A stretch of DNA of 64,000 bases from an uncultured Bdellovibrionales bacterium (GTDB taxonomy: Bacteria > Bdellovibrionota_C > UBA2361 > OMII01): NCBI GenBank assembly GCA_964413875.1, contig CAYPUA010000009.1, positions 7,289 to 71,288 on the forward strand. Direction: 5' to 3'. A program made the translations under genes and the position numbers. How positions within the stretch are numbered: the stretch's first letter is position 1; each line of letters opens with the position of its first letter. Below, one piece after another: positions 17,667-28,067 of this stretch. The notes under the pieces were generated by a model that saw only the letters and a list, made by a program, of their open reading frames with translations, made no database searches and was not told the DNA's origin.

Positions 17667-19763
17667 TTATCGAAACGCCCCAAGGGAGCTGCATGCCTCG
17701 ACCGCCTGAAGGAGCTCATGGGGTGAGTAGGGCTTCCGTAATACTTCGAGAGCTGAGAGGCCGGCATGGTGCTTCCGCTCAGGGAGGGGAGCTCCGCTCG
17801 TCAGGAGAATGTTGGTCGTTGGTCGGCATGAGCGCAAGTGGAGAGCCAGGCTTGACCCGCTCCTGCCAGGCAGGTTTTCATCGAGAATACAAAGGTCTGG
17901 TGGGGATTTGATGTTGGTCAGGAATGAGAGGAGAGACTCCGAATCCGGAAAAGCAACGGCGTGATGCCCTGCTGATGAGAGAGTCGAGAGCATACTGGCG
18001 CGAAGCTCCGCGACATCCTCGACAATTAATACTGTAAGAGCACGCCAATCCGCGGGGCAGCCAGCTGGGGTGTTGTTGACGGCGGAAACGGCGGGCACAT
18101 CCTGCGACGCCAGCGGCAAAATGAGCGAGAATTCCGCACCTCCCTCGGCACGGTTTCGGAACTCAATCCTCCCGCCGAAGGACTCTACAAGCGTTTTTGT
18201 GTTCACAAGTCCAAGACCGTGGCCGCCGGAGCCGAGCTTAGTGGAGAATAATGGCTGGAACAGTTGCCTGGCAGACTCCGCAGGGATGCCAGGCCCTGAG
18301 TCCCTCACGCGGATGATGGCCTCGCGCTTTGAGACACGCTCAGTAGTTATTGAGATCTCTCCATCTTCTCGGATGGCGTCTCGTGCATTTAAGGCCAGAT
18401 TGATCAGGGCTCGTTGAAGCTGAACGGGCTCACCAGTAAGCCATAGGTCCCCGCTCGTGTGGGCGACCTTCAGCGAGATTCGCGCAGGGAGAGCGTGTCG
18501 GAGCAGGCACTCGGTGTCGTTGATGAGGGAGCTAAGGCGGAACGTTTCTCTTGGCTCGGGCGCCTCAAGACCTATGTCAAGGAGCCGCCGCCCGATATCA
18601 CGACAAGCCTCCAAGGACTTCTGCGCGCCGTCTAGCGCCAGCTGTGCAGGCGAGGAAGCCGGCAGCTCTACTTGTGCGCTCCGTAGCTGAGACATCGCGA
18701 TCGCGAGGAAGTTATTGAGATCGTGTGCGAGGCCAGCCGAAAAGTCGCGCGCCGATGCCGCAGCAGAGAGCTGCTCCGCTCGTTGAGCCAGCTCTCGTTG
18801 GTCATGAATGTCGACTGCCACAATGTCGTGCGACTCGATATCTCCGTCGCTGTTGCGCTTCGGGAACTGGCGAACGCGAAACCAGCGGTAGCCTCCATCT
18901 TTGGTCTTAAGCCGGTGTTCATCCTCGATGACGAGCGCACTCCCGCTGCGGCGCGCGTCAACGAAGGCCTGAGCGCGATGCGCATCATCGGGGTGAACGA
19001 GCCTGAACACCGTGCAAGGGGTGACGTTAGCTTCCTGAAGCGAGACCCCGAGGGTCTCCTGCGCAGCCCCACTCATGTGCTCATACGTGCCGTCAGGTCT
19101 TATGCGCACGAAGAGGAGCCCTGGGCGTTCAACGAGAGAGCGGTAGTGATTTTCGGAGACCGAGAGGGCTTTGAGGGCACGGGCTTGCGGGGTGATGTCA
19201 CGCAACACCAGCCAGATGCGGGAGAGCCGCTCGTTTGAAATGCGTCCGTAGACGACAGACTGGCAGGTGCGACGTCGCCCCGCCGGGCACTCCAGCTCAG
19301 CCTCGAAGCCCTGGGTGGAGAGCGACAGCAAGCGCCAGTGCCGGAAGATCTCTCGACAGCCGGTTTTTGGGGGCAGCAAGTTCGCCAGGGAGCGCCCGAG
19401 GACCTTATCTACGGTTGAGCAGCCTGTCCAAAGAGCGAAAGTAAGGCTGGCCTCCAAGCAGCGAGAGGGCGCCGCATAGAGTGCGCGCACGAATTCCTCA
19501 TCCGGCAGGGAGCATGGCACGGGCTCCAACAGCTCCATGCAGCAGATGGCGGCCGAGCTTACTGTTATGAGGCTTCTGAAATCATCTTGGGAGAGGCGGC
19601 GTCGGGCGTGCTGGAGGCTCCTGCCGGCTCGGCGGGACGAAAAGCGGGACTTCATCGCTCCATCGGCGAGAGTGGCTCGCCGGGGGGCATCCTGCCGGCT
19701 TGCATGTCCAGCCCCTCTGACCTCGGTATCGCCCTTCGTCATAGACTCACGCACGCTCCGCAT
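17667..19763 (-). CDS. Hybrid sensor histidine kinase (N-terminal Cys-containing unknown domain, PAS, HisKA, HATPase_c, C-terminal receiver)
   Basis: H-box GLAHDLNNFLAIA, ATP-lid G-boxes (DSGPGIP, GLGL), and C-terminal REC (LIVEDVAELRASM…DLCILDENLPG). No obvious TM helices. Confidence 0.8.
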   Translation of the reverse strand: MRSVRESMTKGDTEVRGAGHASRQDAPRRATLADGAMKSRFSSRRAGRSLQHARRRLSQDDFRSLITVSSAAICCMELLEPVPCSLPDEEFVRALYAAPSRCLEASLTFALWTGCSTVDKVLGRSLANLLPPKTGCREIFRHWRLLSLSTQGFEAELECPAGRRRTCQSVVYGRISNERLSRIWLVLRDITPQARALKALSVSENHYRSLVERPGLLFVRIRPDGTYEHMSGAAQETLGVSLQEANVTPCTVFRLVHPDDAHRAQAFVDARRSGSALVIEDEHRLKTKDGGYRWFRVRQFPKRNSDGDIESHDIVAVDIHDQRELAQRAEQLSAAASARDFSAGLAHDLNNFLAIAMSQLRSAQVELPASSPAQLALDGAQKSLEACRDIGRRLLDIGLEAPEPRETFRLSSLINDTECLLRHALPARISLKVAHTSGDLWLTGEPVQLQRALINLALNARDAIREDGEISITTERVSKREAIIRVRDSGPGIPAESARQLFQPLFSTKLGSGGHGLGLVNTKTLVESFGGRIEFRNRAEGGAEFSLILPLASQDVPAVSAVNNTPAGCPADWRALTVLIVEDVAELRASMLSTLSSAGHHAVAFPDSESLLSFLTNIKSPPDLCILDENLPGRSGSSLALHLRSCRPTTNILLTSGAPLPERKHHAGLSALEVLRKPYSPHELLQAVEACSSLGAFR

Positions 19764-19897
19764 CAGCCCCGCGCGTTCGATGCACGAAAGTTCGCGCCGG
19801 GGAGTCGTGGGTATAGCACGGGTTTTGGGGACGGGAGCGGAAAATTACAGAGGGGTGCCTGAAAGGCCCGTAAGTGACTGCAACGGCTGGGGTACGG

Positions 19898-20887
19898 CTA
19901 GGCTTTTGCCGGGACCTCAGAGCGCCGGTGCCTCAGGTGCAGAATGAGCATAACCGAGACTGAGAAGGCAAAGGCGCATATAGCAACAGCGTGATTCGCC
20001 GGCCGTTCCATGCTGAGCGAGAGCCGGAGCAGGACGGTGGAGATGATGAAGCTCGCGTTTCTCACCACGGTGAAGAAAGACGAATCGTAGAGGAAGGAGA
20101 TGATGAGCAGCAGCACGTCGGCGTAAATCATCACGTTAAAGAAGTCGACGTAGAAGAAGGAGTTCGGATCAGGGAACTCTGTGTTGTTCACAAGAGCGGG
20201 CCAGGCGTGGGAACCCCACGACAAGAAGCTGAAAGCGCTCGTCACTAGCAGCACGACGATCAGGATCGCCGAAACAGATTTCTTGAAGTCGATGAACCTT
20301 CGCAGGTCTGCCTGGCCGTCGCGCTCACGGTGCCGCGAGTGGAGCCGGTGAAAAACTACCGTGAGGGTGAACATGACTATCGATGCGACGAGATCGTAGC
20401 CTAAGTCGAGCACAGCCGGGTCTGAGGCGTGAATTGGGGCATGCATCGGCACGCTGGCTATATCGTGAAAGAAGCTCCGCAGCGTGATGAGCGTAATAAT
20501 CTCGAACTGCTTCGCGATAAACTCAGTCATCGACTCAGGCAGGATAATGACGAGCAGGAACACCTCATACACAAGGATGAAGCTGAACGGGGTGTAGATC
20601 GCTTTGAGGTAGTTGAAGGAATGCCCACGGTAGAGTGCGGGAACGTGATTGAAGAGAAAGATCAGCCCAAGGTGGCAGAGGAAAAACAGAACGGCGAGCC
20701 GGATGATAACCACTTCGAAGCGCCGTGTGTTCTCGCTTGTCACGTACTTAGTGAAGAGTCCCGCCAGCCAGTGAGCAGTAGTTTCGACGATAGTCATGCA
20801 GTATGTCCCAAAAGATTCTGCCCGGGGGCGCCAATAGGGAGCTTGCCACGCCGCGGCTCTTTGAGCATGGGGTAAAATCGCGGCCAA
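19898..20887 (-). CDS. Polytopic membrane protein of unknown function
   Basis: At least 7 hydrophobic helices. Sits 135 bp upstream of the hybrid kinase, co-directional. Visibly lower GC and Phe/Ile/Tyr/Asn-rich. Alternative start at MTIVETT, about 20795. Confidence 0.5.
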   Translation of the reverse strand: MAAILPHAQRAAAWQAPYWRPRAESFGTYCMTIVETTAHWLAGLFTKYVTSENTRRFEVVIIRLAVLFFLCHLGLIFLFNHVPALYRGHSFNYLKAIYTPFSFILVYEVFLLVIILPESMTEFIAKQFEIITLITLRSFFHDIASVPMHAPIHASDPAVLDLGYDLVASIVMFTLTVVFHRLHSRHRERDGQADLRRFIDFKKSVSAILIVVLLVTSAFSFLSWGSHAWPALVNNTEFPDPNSFFYVDFFNVMIYADVLLLIISFLYDSSFFTVVRNASFIISTVLLRLSLSMERPANHAVAICAFAFSVSVMLILHLRHRRSEVPAKA

Positions 20888-20974
20888 GGGGGCAGGGCAT
20901 GGAAAGAGGCCTGCCCGGAAGAGCAGGCCTCAAGTTTTTGAAACCTTAGGGCCGAAAAAGCCGCCAAAAAGGCT

Positions 20975-21973
20975 CTAAACGGTTCTGCCGAGAGAGCGCA
21001 GGAACCGGCTCACGTGGGATGCATGGCCGATCACGAGCGGAGAGCGTTCGTGAACGTCGCGAGGGGCAACATCCAGAATTGGGTCGCCCGCGGTGTTTAC
21101 CGCTTGGCCACCCGCTTGCTCGACGAGGAACGCTAGAGGCGCACACTCGTACACGAGCCGCAGCTTGCCGCGTGGGCTCGTAGCCTCGTCCGGGTAGAGA
21201 AATACTCCACCTGAGCGGAGCACGCGAAGGCCATCTGCAACCAGCGAGCCAGCGTAGCGCTGAGAGAATCGTGGTTCAGCCGAGCTCTTGAGCTCCGTTA
21301 TGAACGACTGAACCTCGGGGCGCCATTTGAGGGAGTTCCCCTCATTTACGCTGTACACTGCAGAGCCCTGGGGCTCTTGCATGCGGAGCTGCTCGTTTAC
21401 GAGCACCCACTCTCGCCGGAAGTGATCGTACGCGAACAGGTGCACTCCGTGCCCCGTCGTGTAGGCGAGCATCGTCTGTGCTCCGTACACTGCGATGCCA
21501 GCAGCAGCCAGATTTCTGCCCGGCTGGAGGAAGTCGTCTCTGGTGGGAGTCACGGCTCGTTTCCGAGTCCGAAACACCGCAAAGATCGTCCCCACGGTTC
21601 CTGCGTCGTCGATTAACTTGCTTCCGTCTAGAGGGTCGACGGCGATCACGTACCGCGAGCCTGCGTTGCAGTGCCGCGTCTCAATCACGTCGTCGCTCTC
21701 CTCCGAGAGGAAGAGTCCCAAGTGGTGAGAAAGCTGCAAGCGCTCCATCAGGACCTGGTTCGCGGCCAAGTCGAGAGGCACCTGCGTCTCCCCATGCACA
21801 TTCGTGGAATTGGCAGCCCCCGTCAGTCCTCGGACTGAGGCGTTGCTCACCATCGAAGCAATCTCGTTGCAGCACGACGCAACGTCGAGCAGCAGCCTGC
21901 TGAGCTCTCGCGATGCAGCAGTTGGCAAACCCTCATGCATAAGCACGAAGTCCCCAAGAGTCATGGCTTTCAT
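20975..21973 (-). CDS. fbp: Fructose-1,6-bisphosphatase class 1 (copy 1)
   Basis: Metal-binding block YVIAVDPLDGSKLID…GTIFAVFR and C-terminal GG(V/I)FLYP, YECAPLAFLVEQAGG motifs. Confidence 0.85.
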   Translation of the reverse strand: MKAMTLGDFVLMHEGLPTAASRELSRLLLDVASCCNEIASMVSNASVRGLTGAANSTNVHGETQVPLDLAANQVLMERLQLSHHLGLFLSEESDDVIETRHCNAGSRYVIAVDPLDGSKLIDDAGTVGTIFAVFRTRKRAVTPTRDDFLQPGRNLAAAGIAVYGAQTMLAYTTGHGVHLFAYDHFRREWVLVNEQLRMQEPQGSAVYSVNEGNSLKWRPEVQSFITELKSSAEPRFSQRYAGSLVADGLRVLRSGGVFLYPDEATSPRGKLRLVYECAPLAFLVEQAGGQAVNTAGDPILDVAPRDVHERSPLVIGHASHVSRFLRSLGRTV

Positions 21974-22156
21974 GCCATACTCCCTTTCTCACCATGTGGT
22001 GTTAAAGAGCGAAAAAACCTCCGTGTCTTGCACTGCGCAAGTCGGAGTGGCGTCAGTAACACACGGATGGAAAGTGCGCTACGCAACGAGTGTTAGGAAG
22101 TCATGCGAACTTCTTTCGCGCGTGTGAGGCGTTCCTAGTAGCGACTCTGCGCGCGC

Positions 22157-23353
22157 CTACTCGAGAGCCTTGATGCCAGGCAGCGAGTTCCCCTCAAGCA
22201 GCGCGAGGAAGGCCCCGCCGGCTGTCGAGATGAAGCTAAACTTGTGCGCGAGCTGCATGTGGTGGATGGCAGCATCTGTGTCTCCGCCCCCCACGACTGT
22301 CAGCCCGTGTGCGTTTGCGATCGCTTCGCACATATCGTGCGTGCCGCGCGCGAACTCTTCATTCTCGTAGGCTCCCATGGGCCCGTTCCAGACGATCGTC
22401 TCAGCCGAGTGCAGCGCCTCCTTGTAGAGCAGGCTCGTAGCCGGCCCGATATCGAGCGCCATGGTATCAGCCGGGATCTCCTGCACCGGCACCGCCCGCC
22501 CAAGACCCTTGCTGCTCAGCGCCGGCGCGACAACAACATCTACGGGGAGGTAAACCTTGCAATCGCGCCGAGCTAGTGTGCCGAGCAGCTCAAGCGCCTT
22601 GCCCGCTAGGTCTGGCTCGTACAGTGAGCGCCCCATTTGGAGCCCCTGCGCGGCGAGGAAGGTGTTCGCCATAGCTCCACCGATTATAAGCTTGTCTGCT
22701 TTCGATGAGAGATTTACGAGCGCATTGAGCTTGCTTGAAACTTTCGAGCCACCGATCACAACGCACAGAGGCTTGCGAGGATTCTCAAGAGCCTTCGTAT
22801 AGTAGTCCATCTCCTTCTGCATCAGCAGTCCGGCTGCCTTCTCCTTGAACAGCTTCGGGACGCCAACCATCGATGCGTGGCTGCGGTGAGCTGTGGCGAA
22901 CGCGTCGCTGATGAAGACGTCGCCGAGCTTTGCGAGCTGCGAGGCGAATTCCGGATCGTTCTTCTTCTCGCCAGGCTGGAAGCGCAGGTTCTCAAGCAGC
23001 AGGACTTGCCCCTCCTTGAGGTCAGCGGCAAGTTTTGTTGTCTCTGCACCGACGCAGTCGGGGGCCAAAATAACGTCTGTCCCTAAAAGCTCCGAGAGGC
23101 GCTTTGCGACAGGACGGAGGGAGAGGGTCGGGTCGATGCCCGAAGGCTCGCCGAGGTGGGACATCACGATTGCGCGGGCTCCCTGGCTCAACACCGCCTG
23201 CAGCGTCGGGAGGAACTCTTTAATTCGGTTGTCGTCTGTTATCTCGAGTTTCTCGTTGAGGGGAACGTTGAGGTCGGCACGAATTAGGACGCGCTTTCCC
23301 TTGCAATTGAGGTCGCTTAACTGCTGCATACACCTATATACCAGTGGGTTCAC
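22157..23353 (-). CDS. pgk: Phosphoglycerate kinase
   Basis: KGKRVLIRADLNVPL N-terminal block and hinge/ATP-binding motifs (GGGDT, GGAFLALLEG). Alternative ATG about 23329. Confidence 0.9.
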   Translation of the reverse strand: MNPLVYRCMQQLSDLNCKGKRVLIRADLNVPLNEKLEITDDNRIKEFLPTLQAVLSQGARAIVMSHLGEPSGIDPTLSLRPVAKRLSELLGTDVILAPDCVGAETTKLAADLKEGQVLLLENLRFQPGEKKNDPEFASQLAKLGDVFISDAFATAHRSHASMVGVPKLFKEKAAGLLMQKEMDYYTKALENPRKPLCVVIGGSKVSSKLNALVNLSSKADKLIIGGAMANTFLAAQGLQMGRSLYEPDLAGKALELLGTLARRDCKVYLPVDVVVAPALSSKGLGRAVPVQEIPADTMALDIGPATSLLYKEALHSAETIVWNGPMGAYENEEFARGTHDMCEAIANAHGLTVVGGGDTDAAIHHMQLAHKFSFISTAGGAFLALLEGNSLPGIKALE

Positions 23354-24134
23354 TTATCCAGGTGGTTTCTACACGAAATCGCTCGCTAAGTACACGCTCC
23401 AAGGCTCGAACGCCGAACGTCTCGCTGGCGTAGTGTCCTACGCACAACACTGACACTCCGTGCTCCATCGCCTTGTGGTACGCAGACTGCTTTGGCTCGC
23501 CAGTTATGAGCAGGTCTATCCCGAGCTGCGCGCATTCCGGTATGACCATCGTGCCGGAGCCGGTTGCGATCCCGACAGTCTGCACCTCTTCTTTCCCGAA
23601 GGGGAGAACCAGGGGCGGCGTTAGGACCCCTTCAATTCCCGACAGCATGGAGCTAATTGAACGTATTGAGGCTGGCTGAGTTAGCCTGCCTCTTACGCCG
23701 ATCGGGGCGCCGCCATACGTAAAGCAAGGGCTCAGTTCAGTGAGCTTCAGCAGCGAAGCTAGCTGCGCTGCGTTCCCGAGCTCTTGGTGTCCATCCAGGG
23801 GCAGGTGGCTGGCGTACAGAGAGAGCCCGTTGCCGAGGAACAGGGACAGCTTGCGAGCCCAAGGACCTACAATCGGAGCGCACTCTCCCCACAATACGCC
23901 GTGGTGCACCACAAGAAGCTGGCAGCCAGCTTTGACTGCCTTCTCGGCCACTGAGTGCCCGGCGTCTACCGAGAAGCCGATCTTTTTGATGGTAGGTGCC
24001 GAGCTTTCGATCTGAAGCCCGTTGAGGGACGCGTCTTTGTACGCCTTCGTGTTGAGAGCTGTATCAAGGAAGGAGCAGATCTCTCGTAGGTTTGCTGTGC
24101 TCATGCGGGTGCCTTCGGTTGTTTCGCGGGCCAA
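23334..24134 (-). CDS. Nif3-family dinuclear-metal-centre protein (GTP cyclohydrolase I type 2 homologue)
   Basis: About 266 aa with His clusters (LLVVHHGVLWG, ITGE) typical of NIF3/YqfO. Immediately upstream of pgk, same strand. Confidence 0.75.
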   Translation of the reverse strand: MARETTEGTRMSTANLREICSFLDTALNTKAYKDASLNGLQIESSAPTIKKIGFSVDAGHSVAEKAVKAGCQLLVVHHGVLWGECAPIVGPWARKLSLFLGNGLSLYASHLPLDGHQELGNAAQLASLLKLTELSPCFTYGGAPIGVRGRLTQPASIRSISSMLSGIEGVLTPPLVLPFGKEEVQTVGIATGSGTMVIPECAQLGIDLLITGEPKQSAYHKAMEHGVSVLCVGHYASETFGVRALERVLSERFRVETTWISEPTGI

Positions 24135-24316
24135 GAGTTTTGTTTGCCCAACTGCCCCCTCGTACCAGAGCAGCGCAGGGCTGTAAATGTCAATAATTTC
24201 ATGCTCTTTGAGTAGACCACCCGCCGTTGCAACCGTAGCGCGATCTCTGCTACCGTTACGCGGTTAGTGAGGGCTGCGGCGTCAAAGCAGCCGTGTAGTT
24301 TAAGGTGGTGTGACTC

Positions 24317-25171
24317 ATGGGTTGGTTTACGCGTAGCAAGGCCCCGAAGCAGGCAGGCGATGTCGCAGAGCCCCTGCAGCTTCCAGACGATATCTGGACC
24401 AAGTGCCCCAAGTGCGAAGCGATCCTCTACACGAAAGACTTACGGCGCGCTTTCGGTGTGTGCCCGAAGTGCACGCATCACTTCCGACTCACTGCTCGCC
24501 AGCGCATCCCCATACTCGTTGACCGCCATTCGTTCCTCGAAATTGACGCGAACCTGCGCTCGACCGACCCCCTGAACTTCAAGGACAAGAAGAAGTACAA
24601 GGACCGGTTGAAGGACATGGAGCGCAAGACCGGTTCGGTTGAAGCGGTCGTGACCGGTCGGGCCAGAATCCTGAACATTCCGGTTATGCTCGGTGTGTTT
24701 GACTCGTCCTTCATGGGCGGGAGCATGGGTTCGGTCGTTGGCGAGAAGCTAACGCGCCTGATCGAGCTGGGGCGCGATGAGCGCCGCCCGGTGATTATCA
24801 TCTCAGCATCGGGCGGAGCCCGCATGCAGGAAGGCTTTTACTCGCTGATGCAGATGGCGAAGGTGAGCGCTGCGCTCGCCCAGCTTGGACAGGCACACAT
24901 TCCGTACATTTCCATCCTCACGGACCCAACGACGGGTGGTGTTGCGGCATCGCTTGCGATGTTAGGGGACGTAATCGTTGCTGAGCCGGATGCCCTGATT
25001 GGATTTGCCGGTCCGCGCGTTATCGAGGGAACGATCAAGCAGAAGCTCCCAGAGGGCTTCCAGCGGTCAGAGTTCCTCCTTGAGCACGGAATGGTCGACA
25101 GGATTATCCCGCGCATGGCGATGCGAGATGAGCTCGGGCTAATCCTCAGAAACTTCGGTTTCGGCATCTAG
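24317..25171 (+). CDS. accD: Acetyl-CoA carboxylase carboxyltransferase beta subunit
   Basis: N-terminal Zn-ribbon CPKCEAILYTKDL…CPKCTHH and carboxyltransferase domain (GGSMGSVVGEK, GGARMQEG). Confidence 0.9.
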   Translation: MGWFTRSKAPKQAGDVAEPLQLPDDIWTKCPKCEAILYTKDLRRAFGVCPKCTHHFRLTARQRIPILVDRHSFLEIDANLRSTDPLNFKDKKKYKDRLKDMERKTGSVEAVVTGRARILNIPVMLGVFDSSFMGGSMGSVVGEKLTRLIELGRDERRPVIIISASGGARMQEGFYSLMQMAKVSAALAQLGQAHIPYISILTDPTTGGVAASLAMLGDVIVAEPDALIGFAGPRVIEGTIKQKLPEGFQRSEFLLEHGMVDRIIPRMAMRDELGLILRNFGFGI

Positions 25172-25440
25172 TTCCGCTACTCGATTAAACCAAGCTGTAT
25201 ACTCAGAGTCGGCGCCGCGAAAGCCTCTCCCGGCACCGGCACCAGATCGGGTTTCGCTCCCTCCGTCCTTGAGCCCCCAGAATTCCAAGAGAGCAACCCA
25301 AGCGGCGGGTCGAGTGGCTGTGCGATCAAGCTGGCAGCCCCCATATAAAAGGAAGCCCCTTTCGCCATCAGTTCTCCCTGGCTAGAGTCTCCCGTGGGCG
25401 AAACGACGCCCCCTTTTGTCGCAGTTTCCGAATACTTCCG

Positions 25441-28023
25441 TTGCTGATGCGAAGCGTCCTCCACATTCGATTTTTCCGCCGCCTCGGAGCTCGACCTTCC
25501 GTTGTTTCTCTCCTCTGTCTGGGCGTGCTCGTGGCTGTTGCTGGTGTGCGGCCGGCCGGTGCCCAACCCCTTACGCCGGATCGGAGCGCGGTCTTCGCCA
25601 GCGACTCGGCGCAGGCTCGAAAAGAACAGGACACTAGCCTTAAGAAATCCCTCTCGCCGGGCACCAAGGCGAGCGAAGGGCTCGACTTCCAGGCTCCGTC
25701 AATTGAATTCAACCGGGACACTGACGAGATGGTAGCCAAAGGCGGCATCCTGATCTCTGAAGGGGGAGTTCAGGTACAGGCCGACGAAGGCACTTTTAAC
25801 ATGAAAACAAAGGAGGGAGATGTCTCAGGCAATGTGCTCATGACGACCTCCGCTGGCGTTCTCTCCGCAAGCGCTGGGCACGTAAACATTACGAGCGAGA
25901 CAGGCACCTTCAAAGATCTTGAGTTCGATTTAGAGGAGGGCGGATTTAATATCAACTCAGATGAAGCCCTGAAGCTCTCAGAGTTTGAGTTTCAGCTCCA
26001 AGGCACAGATCTTACCTCGTGCCACTGCCCAGACGGCACGAAGCCGTGGGAGATTAAGGCTGGCTCGTGCAACATCACGCAAGAGGGTTATGCACACATC
26101 TACAACCCGACGATGTGGTTTGAGGGCATGCCGATCTTCTACTCCCCGTACCTGGCAGTGCCCGTAAAGCGTGAGCGCGCTTCCGGCCTTCTCACTCCGC
26201 AAGCCGGCTACAGCAACCAAAACGGGGTGCTCTACCGCCAGCCGATCTTCTTTGACCTCGATGACTCCACGGGAGCTACCCTTAGCCCCTTCGTGGCCAC
26301 TAACTCGCGAGTTGGGGCAGAGCTCGATTTTGAGAAGCGATTCTCCGCGAAGAGCAGGCTCGACGGGGGCTTTATTTATTCCAACGAGTCGCTGCGTTTC
26401 ACAACAGTTGATGGGGAGCGAGTTCCCGAGCTTCGGGGTCTCGACCTTGATGGAGTTTCCGACACGACTATCGACGAGAATCGAACCGCCGCTTTCTACA
26501 AGCAGCGATGGCGCTCCGACCCAATCGATGGCAACCCGGTTGAGGCGATCATCGATGCTCGTTACACGAGCGATGACCTTTTGCTCCGCGAAATCCCAGC
26601 GCCACAGATCGGTGCGCAGCAGTCTCAGTACCTTGCGTCGTCAGCTCTTGTGCGTGGCCAGCCGTTTTCCGTAATGAGTGCTGAACTGCGATCGGAGTAC
26701 ACACAGAGCCTCACAGCACCTCAAGACATCCAGTTCCAGCGCCTCCCTGAGCTGGCGCTTGGGACGGGTGCCACGTTTCGTCCCTTCGGCTCAAACCCGT
26801 ACGGTCTTAAGCTCGTCACGGGGCTCAATGCGGTCGGCACCGAGTTTTACCGTGAGCAGTATTACGACGGCTCGCGCGTCGATATCGCCCCTCAGGTCTC
26901 GGTGCCCTTTCACGTGAAGAATTACTTCCGTGGCGCTTTCTCAGCACAGCTCCACCAGACTGAGTACTCGATGAATGACAGAGTCATTCCGCCTACAGTC
27001 ACCCCAACTCCTGCTGCGGGCAGCTCGACCGACAACGGCGGAAGCTCGGACGATGAACAGCTTCTGGATAGCGGCATGAGCCGGACGCTGCCGATCTTGA
27101 GCTACAATATGACGACAGGTGTTGAGCGCGTCTTCTCGCTTGAGCGCGATAACTGGTTCTCCCGAGCAGTGGGGCTCGGGGCGAAGAATGAGGGCACAGA
27201 GCTTGTCAGGCTCAAGCACACGATCGAGCCGACCCTCGGCTACACCTACATTCCGAGCGTCGATCAGAACAACAATCCTCTCTACGACGAGCTCGACCGA
27301 TTCCGTGAGCGCAGCCTCTTCTCGTACGGATTCACGACCCGCCTCTACGGCAAGGTTGTCGAGCCGATCGAGCGCGTCAGGGACGTTGAGGAGCTGGCGC
27401 CATCGGCGGATACTCTCCCGATGTACGACCTCTCCGACTCTCTGCTGGCCTTCGGCAGAAATATGGTCGTTGCTCCTCCGGCGTACATGGATGCGCGTGA
27501 TGGCACGGTCAGGCAGCTTGCACAGTTCTCGATGAGGCAGACGTACGACTCGCTCATCGACCAGCAGAACGACGACCCGAGCCTTGACGCATTCTCGGAT
27601 ATCAACGCGGCGCTGAGCCTCTCTCCTTCGTACTACTTTTCGACGGGGTTTGAGGCGAACTACAAGGCGCAGGAGGGAGATTTCTCCAGCTTCTCTTACT
27701 CCCTCGGAATACGAGACGATCGTGATGACGCTCTTCGGGCGCGCTACACCTTCATCGACCAGTCTATTAATCAGATTGAGATGAACGCTGAAACAAAGAT
27801 CTTCGAGCAGCTCAAAGCAGGGCTGTACGGCCGCTACGATGCCGATGCCTCGCAGTGGCTTGAGAGCCGAGGGCTCTTCCGCTTCATTAACTCGTGCAAG
27901 TGTTGGTCGGCTGATTTAGGGGTTGGACAGACCTTCAATCCAGAGAATAAGCAGATCCTCTTTTCCTTTACTTTTGGAGGGTTAGGGGGTATCTCACAGG
28001 GCGGTGGTCTGACGCAGTACTAG
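25441..28023 (+). CDS. lptD: LPS-assembly outer membrane protein LptD
   Basis: Signal peptide, OstA-like N-domain (short beta repeats …AKGGILISEGGVQVQADEGTFNMKT…), and large C-terminal beta-barrel region. 860 aa. Confidence 0.8.
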   Translation: MLMRSVLHIRFFRRLGARPSVVSLLCLGVLVAVAGVRPAGAQPLTPDRSAVFASDSAQARKEQDTSLKKSLSPGTKASEGLDFQAPSIEFNRDTDEMVAKGGILISEGGVQVQADEGTFNMKTKEGDVSGNVLMTTSAGVLSASAGHVNITSETGTFKDLEFDLEEGGFNINSDEALKLSEFEFQLQGTDLTSCHCPDGTKPWEIKAGSCNITQEGYAHIYNPTMWFEGMPIFYSPYLAVPVKRERASGLLTPQAGYSNQNGVLYRQPIFFDLDDSTGATLSPFVATNSRVGAELDFEKRFSAKSRLDGGFIYSNESLRFTTVDGERVPELRGLDLDGVSDTTIDENRTAAFYKQRWRSDPIDGNPVEAIIDARYTSDDLLLREIPAPQIGAQQSQYLASSALVRGQPFSVMSAELRSEYTQSLTAPQDIQFQRLPELALGTGATFRPFGSNPYGLKLVTGLNAVGTEFYREQYYDGSRVDIAPQVSVPFHVKNYFRGAFSAQLHQTEYSMNDRVIPPTVTPTPAAGSSTDNGGSSDDEQLLDSGMSRTLPILSYNMTTGVERVFSLERDNWFSRAVGLGAKNEGTELVRLKHTIEPTLGYTYIPSVDQNNNPLYDELDRFRERSLFSYGFTTRLYGKVVEPIERVRDVEELAPSADTLPMYDLSDSLLAFGRNMVVAPPAYMDARDGTVRQLAQFSMRQTYDSLIDQQNDDPSLDAFSDINAALSLSPSYYFSTGFEANYKAQEGDFSSFSYSLGIRDDRDDALRARYTFIDQSINQIEMNAETKIFEQLKAGLYGRYDADASQWLESRGLFRFINSCKCWSADLGVGQTFNPENKQILFSFTFGGLGGISQGGGLTQY

Positions 28024-28067
28024 CCCTTTTCGTTGGGCACTTGGATCCGTTCAGTCGGAGGCGGTAG

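Noticed and set aside
25177-25566. 129-aa minus-strand ORF between accD and lptD
   Set aside because: It overlaps the lptD start and signal-peptide region. It has no RBS or motif, and the lptD model is much better supported.
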